A stretch of 64,000 nt of DNA from Anaerolineae bacterium (lineage in GTDB: Bacteria; Chloroflexota; Anaerolineae; JAAEKA01): NCBI GenBank assembly GCA_049294015.1, contig JBAQCH010000345.1, positions 4,279 to 68,278 on the forward strand. The letters run 5' to 3'. This document shows, piece by piece, positions 1 through 14,811 of the stretch. The position numbers and the translations under genes were made by a program. Each line of letters begins with the position of its first letter. The stretch's first letter is position 1. The notes beneath the pieces were generated by a model. It saw only the letters and a program-made list of their open reading frames with translations, had not been told where the DNA came from and searched no databases.

Positions 1-2
1 GC

Positions 3-174
3 AACCTGCTGGGCTTTTACGGCGCAACACCCATCACCCGTCCTGCTGCCTACACCTTCAGCAACGGCACGACGGATCGCACCATCAACTGCGACAGCAC
101 CACCGTGGCCGAGCTGGCCGACGTGGTCTACACCCTATGGAGCGACCTCAGGAACCTGGGGCTGCTGCAATAGA
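3..174 (+). CDS. 3' end (C-terminal ~57 aa) of an upstream gene that starts outside the window
   Basis: Frame 3 is open from the window edge to TAG at 172-174 (…TFSNGTTDRTINCDSTTVAELADVVYTLWSDLRNLGLLQ*). No function is recognisable. Confidence 0.3.
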
Positions 175-856
175 ACCTCGAAGGGGGATAGCCTTGCTAC
201 AACGAGTATTGATCATCAGCCCTGACATGGGGCTGGACGTACAGGATGAGATCATCAACGCCGCCTCCGGCTTCGCGCCCAAGATCCTGGCCAACACCGT
301 CACGCGCCAGCGCGCGCTGGAGGAGATCGCCAGCGGCCGGTACGATGTCATCCACTTCATCACCCACGGCAAAGAACACGTCCTCGAGGTCAGCGATGGC
401 ATCGTCGAGGAAGACATGCTGGAACACGCGGTCTGCACCGCCAACAACGTCAAGGTGCTCTTTCTGAACGCCTGCCGGAGCGCCCATGCCGCGACGACCG
501 TGTACAACAACACCAACGTGGCCTACTCCATCGGCTGGCCGGACGACGTCGAGAACAGGGTGGCGTTGACCTGGGCCAGGCTCTTCTTCGAGGCGCTGCG
601 CATGGCGCCTGAGGATATCAAGCGGGCGGTCACGACGGCCAACGAGGCCGTGGTCAAGAGCTACCGTATCGACCCGGATCAACTGCCCCTGGTGCTCAAC
701 GGCCGGGTGAGCCAGATCCTGAAGGAGAACCAGCGTCTCCGCCAGGAGTTGGAGCGCCGGGGCGTCGTCCGGCTGCCCCTCTGGATGGTGGCAGCCAATC
801 TGGCGCTGATCGCGCTATTGCTGGTCAACCTGCTGATCCTGGCCTTGACCCATTAG
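137..856 (+). CDS. Small caspase/CHAT-like (His-Cys dyad) protein with a C-terminal transmembrane anchor. A TTG at 194, preceded by a GGGGGA RBS, is an alternative start.
   Basis: HFITHG…LFLNACRS resembles the caspase-fold His…Cys catalytic dyad. The C-terminal hydrophobic helix is LWMVAANLALIALLLVNLLILAL. Composition is protein-like. Confidence 0.4.
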   Translation: MERPQEPGAAAIEPRRGIALLQRVLIISPDMGLDVQDEIINAASGFAPKILANTVTRQRALEEIASGRYDVIHFITHGKEHVLEVSDGIVEEDMLEHAVCTANNVKVLFLNACRSAHAATTVYNNTNVAYSIGWPDDVENRVALTWARLFFEALRMAPEDIKRAVTTANEAVVKSYRIDPDQLPLVLNGRVSQILKENQRLRQELERRGVVRLPLWMVAANLALIALLLVNLLILALTH

Positions 857-869
857 AGGAGGGAGACCT

Positions 870-3800
870 ATGAGACCTTGCTTCATCCGAGCGCTGGCCG
901 CCGCCGCGCTGGCGCTGCTGGCGCTGGCGGCCTGTGTGCTCAGGCCCGAACAACCCGACACCTTTCCTGTGCGCGCGGTGATCACGCCCGGCGCACCGGC
1001 CACGCCGTACGCGGGCGCCCAGCTCGACTACGGCGGCCTGTACCAGTTCTTCGACGTCGCCGGTAGCGCGCCGTCGCCCTACCAGGACGGCAGCCACCAG
1101 GTCATCCCCTGGTATCTGTTGGAACCCACACGGGGCACCTACGACTGGACTGAGCTGGACGAGTACGTGGCCGACCGCGCGGGGTATGGCCTGCACATCG
1201 GCCTGGGCTTCAACACGGTGGACTACTCGCCCTACCACTGCGCCAGCGTGGGCGGTAGCCAGTGCTGGGCCGGCGACGACCGGGAGGATCGCATCTGGCT
1301 GCCGGCCGACATGCTGCGGCCGCAGGACCAGAACGTGACCTACGTGGTCTGCCCGCTGGACAGCACCTACCCGCGCCACCGCCTGCCCAAGTATTGGAGC
1401 AGTCAGTATCTGTCAGCCTACGAGGATTTTGTTTACGCGCTGGCCGCGCACATCGACAGCACGCCTGCGCTTGCCAACAACATCGACTGGATCGAGCTGC
1501 CCATCGGCGTCTACGGCGAGCTCAACCCAGGCGCGGGCCAGGACAGGGCCTGTCTGCAGGAGCTGGGGCTGACGCAAGACTTGTGGGAGGCGACGGTCGA
1601 GCAGATGATCGATATCTGGGTGGACGCGTTCGCCGGCACCGGGATCGACCTGAGCTTCCAGGGCACCAACTTCTACCTGGACAAGGGCAACCGCCAGCGC
1701 ATGAACGACTACGCGGCCGGCCAGGGGCTGGGCTTGCAGCACGCCAAGTGGCATCCGGACTGGGAGGACATGGCTGTGGCCTGTGCGTCCTGCTGGTCGC
1801 AAGGCAAGGGCATGGTGGACGCGCCGCTGCGCTGGGAGAACCAGACCATGTTCGCCATCGAGTATCCTGATCCACCGCTGTGGGGGGAGGGCAGCCGCAC
1901 GACGCTCAACCACGCCGAGGAGGACTACTGGAACATGGCAGCCTTCCTCGATCTCAAGGGCGACGTCTACAAGGCGCGCCTCTACCCGCGCGGGACGCTC
2001 GCGCGCCTGACGACCGAGAATCCCTACGTGCAGGGTATGATGCAGACGCTGCGCGACCTGGCCGGCAAGGACGAGCAGAGCGCGCCCTACGCGATTACCT
2101 GGATGCGGGAGACGGAGTGGGACTGGTGGCCCAAGTGCAACAACTTCGACTTCTACCTCTACGCCAGCACCGCCCAGGAGCCGCGCGTGGGATCGAGCTG
2201 TCCTGGCCTGAGCGCGCTGACGACCGATGGCCAGGCTGTCGCGGTCTACAACCTGGACGCGACCTATGCCCCCGGCCTCTGCCCCAACGACCGCGTCTAC
2301 AGCGCGACCTGCGATCCACGCTACCGCTATGCCCGCCAGACCGCGGCCGGCCAGCCCTACATCTACCTGGACGTCGATCCCAGGTATCGCTACGGCACAG
2401 GCGTCAACGCCACCGTCTCCATCGACTACCTGGACGTGGGCACGGACGAGATTAGGTTTCAGTGGCACAACGGCAGCGCGGTGCAGACGGAGAGCAGGGC
2501 CAAGACCAACACGCGCCAGTGGCGCACCTGGACGCTTGTTCTGGCCAACATGGACCTGACCGACCGCTTTGTATCCGGCGCCTCCGCCTGGGACTTCCGT
2601 CTCTGGGACGGCGGCGACGGCGTCGAGACCATCCACAGCGTCAAGTTCCAGCCTGCTAACGGCGGGACGCCAGCGGCTCCCACGGCCACGCCGACGGCGA
2701 CGGCCACCCCTGCGCCGGCGGCCACACCCTGGCGCGTGCGCGTCGATCCCGCCAGTCACACTTGGGAGGATGCCCTGATCTGGCTGACCAGACCCGATAC
2801 CATCTATGCCTCCCTGCCCACCTATTCGCTGCGGGCCAACAGCGACCAGGCATACCCCGTACCCGTCTACAACACCACCGTCGCCAGCCTGCTGGTTGAG
2901 GTGCCGTTCAGCCTGCCGCCCAACACGACGCTCAACCGCGCCACGCTGTATCTGACCCCGACCGGCGGCTATCTGCCCGACGCCATGACCCTGGTGTTGC
3001 GGCCGGTGGTCGCGGAGTGGGCGTTGCCGTCGTGGCGCTATCGCATCAATCCCGATCCTGGTGTGGGCGGCGCAGCTGTCCCCTGGGCCACGCCCGGGGC
3101 CTATGGCGTGGACGATGTGGGCGCGTCCTTCGGCTCGGTGCGGATCACGGCTGACGACATCGCCGCTTCTCTCCCTATCGAGCTGGACGTGGGCGGCGCG
3201 GTGCAGGCGGGGGGCGGGCTGGCGCTCAAGATCGAGCCGTGGTGTACGCCCAGCCCATCAACGGGGCGCTGCGAGGGCTTTGCCTACTTCGCCGGGAGCG
3301 CCAACCAGAACCTGGGCATCCGGCCCTACCTGGAGCTGGATGTGATCAGCAACACGCCGCCCACGGCCACACCCACAGCCACGCGCACGCCGACGCCGGT
3401 GAGCGTACCGCCGGGAACGGCTACACCGACGGCCACGCCTGGCGGGCCAACCCGCACACCCACCCCCTACCCGCCCAGCTTGCGGCAGGGACTGGTGATC
3501 AACGAGGTGTGCTCCAATCCGGTGACGACCGACAACGTGCCTGACGGGGAGATATCGGGCGACAGCGCGGTGGAGCTGTTCAACTCCAGCAGCGAGCCGC
3601 TGGACCTGTCACTGTACCGGCTGTGCGTCAACACCACCTGCCTGTGGCTGGAGGGAACCACCCAGCCCTTGGGTTACAAGGTCTGGTATCAGCAGTGGGA
3701 CGGTTTGGGCTTCATCGAGGGCGGCGCCAACACCGTTCGCTTGTATCGGGCGGGGGAGTCTCCGCTGGTGTTGGTGGACACGCTGGCTATTCAGAGCCAA

Positions 3801-3899
3801 ACCCCTGATCACTGTTGGGCCGCGGTGACGGATGCCTCGCCGGTGTATGTGGAGAAGTATCCTCCAACGTTGGGCAGAGGCAATAACTGGTTCGAGTAA
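870..3899 (+). CDS. Secreted lipoprotein: TIM-barrel glycoside-hydrolase-like N-terminal domain (GH42/GH5-like W..LEP..G.YDW..LD motif), Pro/Thr-rich linkers and a C-terminal lamin-tail domain (LTD)
   Basis: Lipoprotein signal MRPCFIRALAAAALALLALAAC. WYLLEPTRGTYDWTELDEYV resembles GH TIM-barrel N-termini. PT linkers occur twice (TPAAPTATPTATATPAPAATP). The C-terminal LVINEV…VELFNSSSEPLDLSLYRL matches the LTD signature. Confidence 0.6.
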   Translation: MRPCFIRALAAAALALLALAACVLRPEQPDTFPVRAVITPGAPATPYAGAQLDYGGLYQFFDVAGSAPSPYQDGSHQVIPWYLLEPTRGTYDWTELDEYVADRAGYGLHIGLGFNTVDYSPYHCASVGGSQCWAGDDREDRIWLPADMLRPQDQNVTYVVCPLDSTYPRHRLPKYWSSQYLSAYEDFVYALAAHIDSTPALANNIDWIELPIGVYGELNPGAGQDRACLQELGLTQDLWEATVEQMIDIWVDAFAGTGIDLSFQGTNFYLDKGNRQRMNDYAAGQGLGLQHAKWHPDWEDMAVACASCWSQGKGMVDAPLRWENQTMFAIEYPDPPLWGEGSRTTLNHAEEDYWNMAAFLDLKGDVYKARLYPRGTLARLTTENPYVQGMMQTLRDLAGKDEQSAPYAITWMRETEWDWWPKCNNFDFYLYASTAQEPRVGSSCPGLSALTTDGQAVAVYNLDATYAPGLCPNDRVYSATCDPRYRYARQTAAGQPYIYLDVDPRYRYGTGVNATVSIDYLDVGTDEIRFQWHNGSAVQTESRAKTNTRQWRTWTLVLANMDLTDRFVSGASAWDFRLWDGGDGVETIHSVKFQPANGGTPAAPTATPTATATPAPAATPWRVRVDPASHTWEDALIWLTRPDTIYASLPTYSLRANSDQAYPVPVYNTTVASLLVEVPFSLPPNTTLNRATLYLTPTGGYLPDAMTLVLRPVVAEWALPSWRYRINPDPGVGGAAVPWATPGAYGVDDVGASFGSVRITADDIAASLPIELDVGGAVQAGGGLALKIEPWCTPSPSTGRCEGFAYFAGSANQNLGIRPYLELDVISNTPPTATPTATRTPTPVSVPPGTATPTATPGGPTRTPTPYPPSLRQGLVINEVCSNPVTTDNVPDGEISGDSAVELFNSSSEPLDLSLYRLCVNTTCLWLEGTTQPLGYKVWYQQWDGLGFIEGGANTVRLYRAGESPLVLVDTLAIQSQTPDHCWAAVTDASPVYVEKYPPTLGRGNNWFE

Positions 3900-3900
3900 A

Positions 3901-3938
3901 CACAGGGCGCTTCGTGCGAAGCGCCCTGTGTCATTCTG
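3901..3938 (+). terminator. Intrinsic terminator after the lipoprotein gene
   Basis: A perfect 13-bp stem, CACAGGGCGCTTC-gtgc-GAAGCGCCCTGTG, lies 2 nt after the stop and is followed by TCATTCTG. Confidence 0.6.
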
Positions 3939-4211
3939 CGCCGATCTCGTAACCACCGCTCAGTGCGGGCGACTGCCTCAGCTTTTTCACCACCTGCTGC
4001 GCCCGAACTGCATCGAGCTGCAAAGCTATCGCTGGATCAGAGTGCCACAGCGGCAACTGAGCAACCAGACGACGCAGGTATAGCTTGCGGCCCTTGCTGA
4101 TGCAGTAGATTACCATTGAGTACCCAGCCTCTCATGTCATCGGGAGCGCCCGCGCTCGCAGCCTGCCCGTGAGGGCATGATACAGCCAACCCTGCGCGAT
4201 GGCAAACCAAC

Positions 4212-4230
4212 CCCGGAACCCGGTTCCGGG
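4212..4230. repeat. Palindromic REP-like element CCCGGAACC-C-GGTTCCGGG, a member of a GGAACC(N1-3)GGTTCC family that recurs across the window
   Basis: Perfect inverted repeat. Related copies lie at 28501-28540, 31193-31209, 35090-35130, 35833-35846, 41533-41594, 42521-42560, 44713-44727 and 47467-47482. Confidence 0.45.
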
Positions 4231-4279
4231 CCTGCTTCCCCTCTTTCCCAACAAAATCCCAAAAACATGAGCTAGATCA

Positions 4280-4308
4280 TTGGCACCTGCGCCAAAATCG
4301 TGTACAAT
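4280..4308 (+). promoter_or_regulatory. Sigma70-like promoter TTGGCA-17 nt-TACAAT (TG immediately upstream of the -10) for the helicase/defence block
   Basis: -35 TTGGCA at 4280-4285, a 17-nt spacer, and -10 TACAAT at 4303-4308 preceded by TG. It lies ~170 nt upstream of the 4481 start. The RBS is AAGGACCGCTAGATG. Confidence 0.45.
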
Positions 4309-4480
4309 GTCACACGTAGTTCCACCATCGGGTCCGGGAGTTGCGGGCGGGACTTGGTCCCCCCTCTATCCCGCTACAGTCGGGCGTTCATACCGCTTGA
4401 CCCGCTCTTGCACCGACAGAATCTTACGCAAGTCGTGCAAGCCCATCACCGACTTGTGACCAACCACCAAGGACCGCTAG

Positions 4481-8113
<3,633 letters not shown>

Positions 8114-8171
8114 CAGGTTGCTCAACAGTCGTTGCATCAAACCCATCGATGGTCAACAAGGAGAACGAAGC

Positions 8172-8813
8172 ATGTCCATTATCTGCAAACTGAGAGGACA
8201 CGACCTTGGCGACTGGCAATATCAGTCCGGGTCTGAGCGCTGTAACGCCAGCAGGTCCTGTCGCCGTTGCGACTTTGTCGAGCGAACCACTCCCCAGCAT
8301 GTCTGGAGTGAGTGGAGTCACACTGAGAGTGATCGATGCAAGCAAAGCAGAACGTGCGAAAAGTGTGCAAATCAGGAAGAACGCACGGTACACGTTTGGG
8401 GTCCACCTGAGTATGTAGAGGAGCGTGCTTGCACGCAGCAACGAGCGTGCCTTTCCTGCTCAGCAACAGAGCGCATGGGAGAACAACACGATTGGGGAGA
8501 GTGGACCTACCAACCCGGAGAGCCTTGTAAGGCAAGCCGAATATGTAGCCGATGTGAGTCGGCAGACGTCACAGAAACCCACTCTTTCAAGTTCCAATAC
8601 GCGTTTAGAGGTGTTGATCCGAGCACTCACCGATTAGCTCACCAGCTATTCTACGTGTGCTCACGGTGCAACGCAAAGAAAACGAACTGGGAGCCGCATG
8701 ACTGGGAGGTGAAAGAGGTGAAAAGAAGAGCCGATGGTAGTGTAATTGACGAGCGTGTTTACTGTGCGGTATGCGGCGCATGGGACTGGGGAAAAGAAGT
8801 GGCTGGGAGCTGA
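8172..8813 (+). CDS. Novel Cys/Trp-rich tandem-repeat zinc-ribbon protein, ~7 copies of a C-x4-C-x2-C…H-x-W-x-E-W module. Function unknown.
   Basis: An AAGGAG RBS lies 9 nt upstream of ATG 8172. Repeats include CNASRSCRRCDFVERTTPQHVWSEWSH, CKQSRTCEKCANQEERTVHVWGPPEY, CTQQRACLSCSATERMGEQHDWGEWTY and CKASRICSRCESADVTETH. G+C is lower than in the flanking genes. Confidence 0.55.
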   Translation: MSIICKLRGHDLGDWQYQSGSERCNASRSCRRCDFVERTTPQHVWSEWSHTESDRCKQSRTCEKCANQEERTVHVWGPPEYVEERACTQQRACLSCSATERMGEQHDWGEWTYQPGEPCKASRICSRCESADVTETHSFKFQYAFRGVDPSTHRLAHQLFYVCSRCNAKKTNWEPHDWEVKEVKRRADGSVIDERVYCAVCGAWDWGKEVAGS

Positions 8814-8908
8814 CGACGAGTTTACTCGCTACGCGCCCAGGGGGTTCCGGCCAAACCCGATCCTAACGAAATAACCAAGCCCGACCCTGTCGACCCTTAG
8901 CGTAGGAC

Positions 8909-11695
<2,787 letters not shown>

Positions 11696-11737
11696 GCACA
11701 ACACTCGATGATCGCCGCAATGATCAGGAGATGAAAC

Positions 11738-14700
11738 ATGGGTGAAGTCGACCTGGCAATAGAAAGTGCCAAAAACCTGCGTCACAGCATAGAGGTCCAT
11801 GGGGGATCGGTCATGCTGGCAGAAGACCGGATGACGTTTTTCGATGACTACGACGCCCTGCGGAACATGCGCCACTACGCTCCTGACGACTACTGGAATC
11901 TGATCAGTCAAAAACCAGGTTTCGAGCGCGAACTCATCGAAGCTCGCAACCTGTTGGCAGCAGCGCAGAGCGATCTACGCAAGACCTTGGATTTCTTGCG
12001 CAAGCAGACTGATCTCTTACCACAACAGGTCAACGACATCGCCCATCTATTGGATGACTATGACCATTCGGGCGCTCAATTCAGGGCACGGGTGGAGGAA
12101 GCTGCTGCTCGTCGGGCTATGGAGGCATCGATCGCAGCAGCACGCGCCAATTGGCAGCGCACGCGCAGTTCGGCGGCGCGCGTGCAGTTGATTGCAGTGC
12201 TGACCCAGTACCAGAGGTGGAACGATCTGCTGCCCCTGGCGTTGGAGGATGTCCAGAACGCGCCCAATGATCGCCGGGCCAGGCAGTTGCTTGCCTCGGT
12301 GTATGAACATCTGGGAAAGCGCGACGATCTTCTGGCATTGCTCAAGCAGGACCTGGCCAGCGCGCCGGGGGACGCCGCGCTCCGGCGCAGGATAGCCGAG
12401 CTCTTGGTGCAGATGGGGCGTTACGATGAGGCAATTGGCCAGTTGCAGCAGGACATGGCTGCGCCCAGACCGGAGCCATGGGCGGCTGACTTGATGCTTC
12501 AAGCGCTGGAACGCGCTAAGAAGACCGATGCCCTGATCCTGTTTCTGCAAGGCCAGATGCAGGCTAATCCTTCGGATCCTCGCCGGCGACAGAAGCTGGA
12601 GACCGTGCTCGAGCAAGAGGCGCGATGGGGCGACTTGATTCCTCTCCTGGAACAAGACCTGCAAACAAGTCCGGGCAATAGCGCGCTGCGCGAGCGGTTG
12701 GCTGTCAGCTATCGCAAGAGTGGGAGGCTCGACGATCTGCTGAACCATCATCTGTTGCCTGCCGCCAAGCAAGCTCCCGCTGAGTTCCCACCCAAACAGG
12801 CCGTGGTAGAGGCGCTTCTGGATGGACAGCGCGATACCGATGTGCTCGGTTACATCAAGCAAGAGCTGGCTGCTTCTCAGACAGGCGCAGGGTTTCTGTC
12901 CAGGTTCGTCGCCGTTCTGGCGAAGCGGAAAAGGTCCGATCTGGTCGAGCCATTGGCGATGTCTTGTCTGCCGTCGAGCCTTGGACGGATGGACGCCTAC
13001 ATGGAGATTGCACGCGGCTATCGTCAGAACGACGAGGTAAAGGCAGCGCTGGCCTTCCTGGACGCCATGGGCCAACGCTTCCCTGACGACAAAACTGTCG
13101 GGGATCTTCCCGCCGCGTTTCTGGTCGAATCGTTGGAGACAGCATCCTCAACGACGCGCTCGTTCGTGTTGAAACAGCTTTACGCTCGACCCGACAAGAC
13201 TCGCGCAGTCGTTGCGCTTAACGAGTTGTTCGCAAAGACGAACGACGTGAACGTGCAGCTTGACGTGTTGGCTGCACTGGTGGAAATCCAGAAGGCTCAG
13301 GCGCTGCCCTTCCTCAAAGCTTCACTTAGCCATAGCTCCAAGGAGGTGCGTCGCGAGGCCGCCAAGGCTCTTGGCCAGCTCGGCGACAAGCGCGCCAAGC
13401 GACCGTTGCGGCGGCAGCTCAAGGTCGAGCAGGATGCCTCGGTCAAGGTTGCACTCAAGGATGCTTTGCATCAGATCGATCCGAAGGCCAAGGAACATCC
13501 ACCGCTGACGGCTAGCTCGGTCGTCAAAGCCATGATTGGAGGGGGCTTGCTGGGAGCTATATGGGGATGGGTGCAGACATTCTTCTGGATCAGTCCGGGA
13601 CTATCGGATGGTTCGATCACCTTGATCTTGGGCGCTATTTCTGGGGCAGTCATCTTTGGCTTTCCGATTAGTGTCGTGCGGCCAAGCAAGAGCCAGGACG
13701 ATGGATGCTTGACTCTTTTCGGTGGCGGAGCTGTGACCGGTGGCGTTGTTGGAATCGCAATGATCTTGCTCATGCCAATTCTGATTGGATCCTCCATGCT
13801 CTCGTTCGGCTATATTAACGATAATGTCACGATCATCATGAGCGCAGCGATGGCCGCAGTGCTTTCAGTGCTTGGCGTCATCGTCTTCAAAACCAAGCGC
13901 TTTTGGATCTTGCCGGTGACTGGTCTGCTTCTGGTGGCAGTGGTCATTCTCCCGGTCATTCTCCCGGTGGCCGGTTGGACCAGCCGCATGGCCGACGTAA
14001 TCGCTCAGGGAAGAGCAGGTCTAGCTGCCATGTTCGATAAGACGTCGAACAGTTCGCAAAACGAGGAGATGGTAGTAGCTACGAACACAGCCACTCCTAT
14101 GGTGGAAGCTACGCGTTCGGACTCACCAACGCCACAGCCAACGCTAACCGTACCCGCTGGCGTCCCGGCGACTGCCCAGAGCGCCAAAGTGATGAGCGTC
14201 ACTGACGGTCGCGCAATCCGGGTGGAGCTTGTCGATGGCACGGCCACCGTTCGCTATGCTGGCCTGCTCATTCCGACAGGTGACACCCCGGGCGCCGCTG
14301 CCGCCGCGCAGGCAAACCGCGATCTCCTTCACAACCAGTCGGTTTGGCTCGAAACGACAAATCCCGTCCCAGCAGGCGCAGACGTCGAAGCCCAAATCTG
14401 GCTGGCCGCTGGAACGTTGGCCAATCTGCAGCTTGTCGAAATGGGCTACGCGCTACCTGATCCTACGCTGGAAGATGAAAGCGCTGCATCGCGACTACAG
14501 CAGGCGGCCCGTGAGGCATGGGAGGCGCAAGCGGGTTTCTGGGCCGGCGGCACGGATGTCGCGCCCTGGGCAGCGGTGGTGGTTGACACCGCTAACATCC
14601 GCCAGGGACCAGGTACTGATCGTCCGGTGGCTGGAAAGGCTACCCGCAGCGACATCTTCGTGATCAATGGGCGCAACGCCAACGGCGATTGGATCCTGGT

Positions 14701-14791
14701 CCAAACCTCTGCGGAGACAACAGCCTGGCTTTTTGCGGAGCTTGTGCAAACAACAGTGCCGGTAGCGACCATTCCGGTCGTCACGAACTAG
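11738..14791 (+). CDS. Multidomain membrane protein: N-terminal TPR-like ~40-aa repeats plus HEAT (PBS-lyase-type) repeats, a central block of ~5 transmembrane helices, then a C-terminal SNase (thermonuclease)-like domain followed by a bacterial SH3 (SH3b) domain
   Basis: Repeats DLLALLKQDLASAPGDAALRRRIAELLVQMGRYDEA and DLIPLLEQDLQTSPGNSALRERLAVSYRKSGRLDDL. HEAT segment EVRREAAKALGQLGDKRAKRPL. Hydrophobic helices span aa ~600-740. VTDGRAIRVELVDGTATVRYAGLLIPTGDTPGAAAAAQANRDLL…QLVEMGYA follows the SNase pattern V.DGDT…VRLIGID.PE, but Gly sits where the catalytic Glu is expected. ANIRQGPGTDRPVAGKA…GDWILV matches SH3b. Confidence 0.55.
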   Translation: MGEVDLAIESAKNLRHSIEVHGGSVMLAEDRMTFFDDYDALRNMRHYAPDDYWNLISQKPGFERELIEARNLLAAAQSDLRKTLDFLRKQTDLLPQQVNDIAHLLDDYDHSGAQFRARVEEAAARRAMEASIAAARANWQRTRSSAARVQLIAVLTQYQRWNDLLPLALEDVQNAPNDRRARQLLASVYEHLGKRDDLLALLKQDLASAPGDAALRRRIAELLVQMGRYDEAIGQLQQDMAAPRPEPWAADLMLQALERAKKTDALILFLQGQMQANPSDPRRRQKLETVLEQEARWGDLIPLLEQDLQTSPGNSALRERLAVSYRKSGRLDDLLNHHLLPAAKQAPAEFPPKQAVVEALLDGQRDTDVLGYIKQELAASQTGAGFLSRFVAVLAKRKRSDLVEPLAMSCLPSSLGRMDAYMEIARGYRQNDEVKAALAFLDAMGQRFPDDKTVGDLPAAFLVESLETASSTTRSFVLKQLYARPDKTRAVVALNELFAKTNDVNVQLDVLAALVEIQKAQALPFLKASLSHSSKEVRREAAKALGQLGDKRAKRPLRRQLKVEQDASVKVALKDALHQIDPKAKEHPPLTASSVVKAMIGGGLLGAIWGWVQTFFWISPGLSDGSITLILGAISGAVIFGFPISVVRPSKSQDDGCLTLFGGGAVTGGVVGIAMILLMPILIGSSMLSFGYINDNVTIIMSAAMAAVLSVLGVIVFKTKRFWILPVTGLLLVAVVILPVILPVAGWTSRMADVIAQGRAGLAAMFDKTSNSSQNEEMVVATNTATPMVEATRSDSPTPQPTLTVPAGVPATAQSAKVMSVTDGRAIRVELVDGTATVRYAGLLIPTGDTPGAAAAAQANRDLLHNQSVWLETTNPVPAGADVEAQIWLAAGTLANLQLVEMGYALPDPTLEDESAASRLQQAAREAWEAQAGFWAGGTDVAPWAAVVVDTANIRQGPGTDRPVAGKATRSDIFVINGRNANGDWILVQTSAETTAWLFAELVQTTVPVATIPVVTN

Positions 14792-14811
14792 ACGCATGAC
14801 GAGAGATCACC

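Noticed and set aside
1413-2759. 448-aa minus-strand ORF, and many similar long ORFs antisense or alternative-frame to called genes. Examples: 5186..6349, 6404..7399, 7412..8146, 11141..11911, 12047..13075, 19788..20828, 20227..21711, 21841..22593, 27442..28653, 28970..31336, 29355..30698, 31513..33198, 33425..34585, 35583..36482, 36558..37205, 37317..38177, 39779..40483, 41141..42019, 43120..44541, 44066..45799, 53938..54657, 54706..55899, 57621..58760, 60925..62121, 62254..63366.
   Set aside because: High G+C keeps all frames open. These translations are Arg/Ala/Gly/Pro-rich low-complexity strings without motifs. In each case they overlap an ORF on the other strand or frame that has ordinary composition and recognisable catalytic motifs, so they are antisense artefacts.
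4310-4480. Second promoter or structured leader (CTTGCAC…GTGCAAG inverted repeat) in the 170-nt 5' UTR of the helicase gene
   Set aside because: The stem is only 7 bp with a 21-nt loop and the -10 is poor. This is insufficient evidence.
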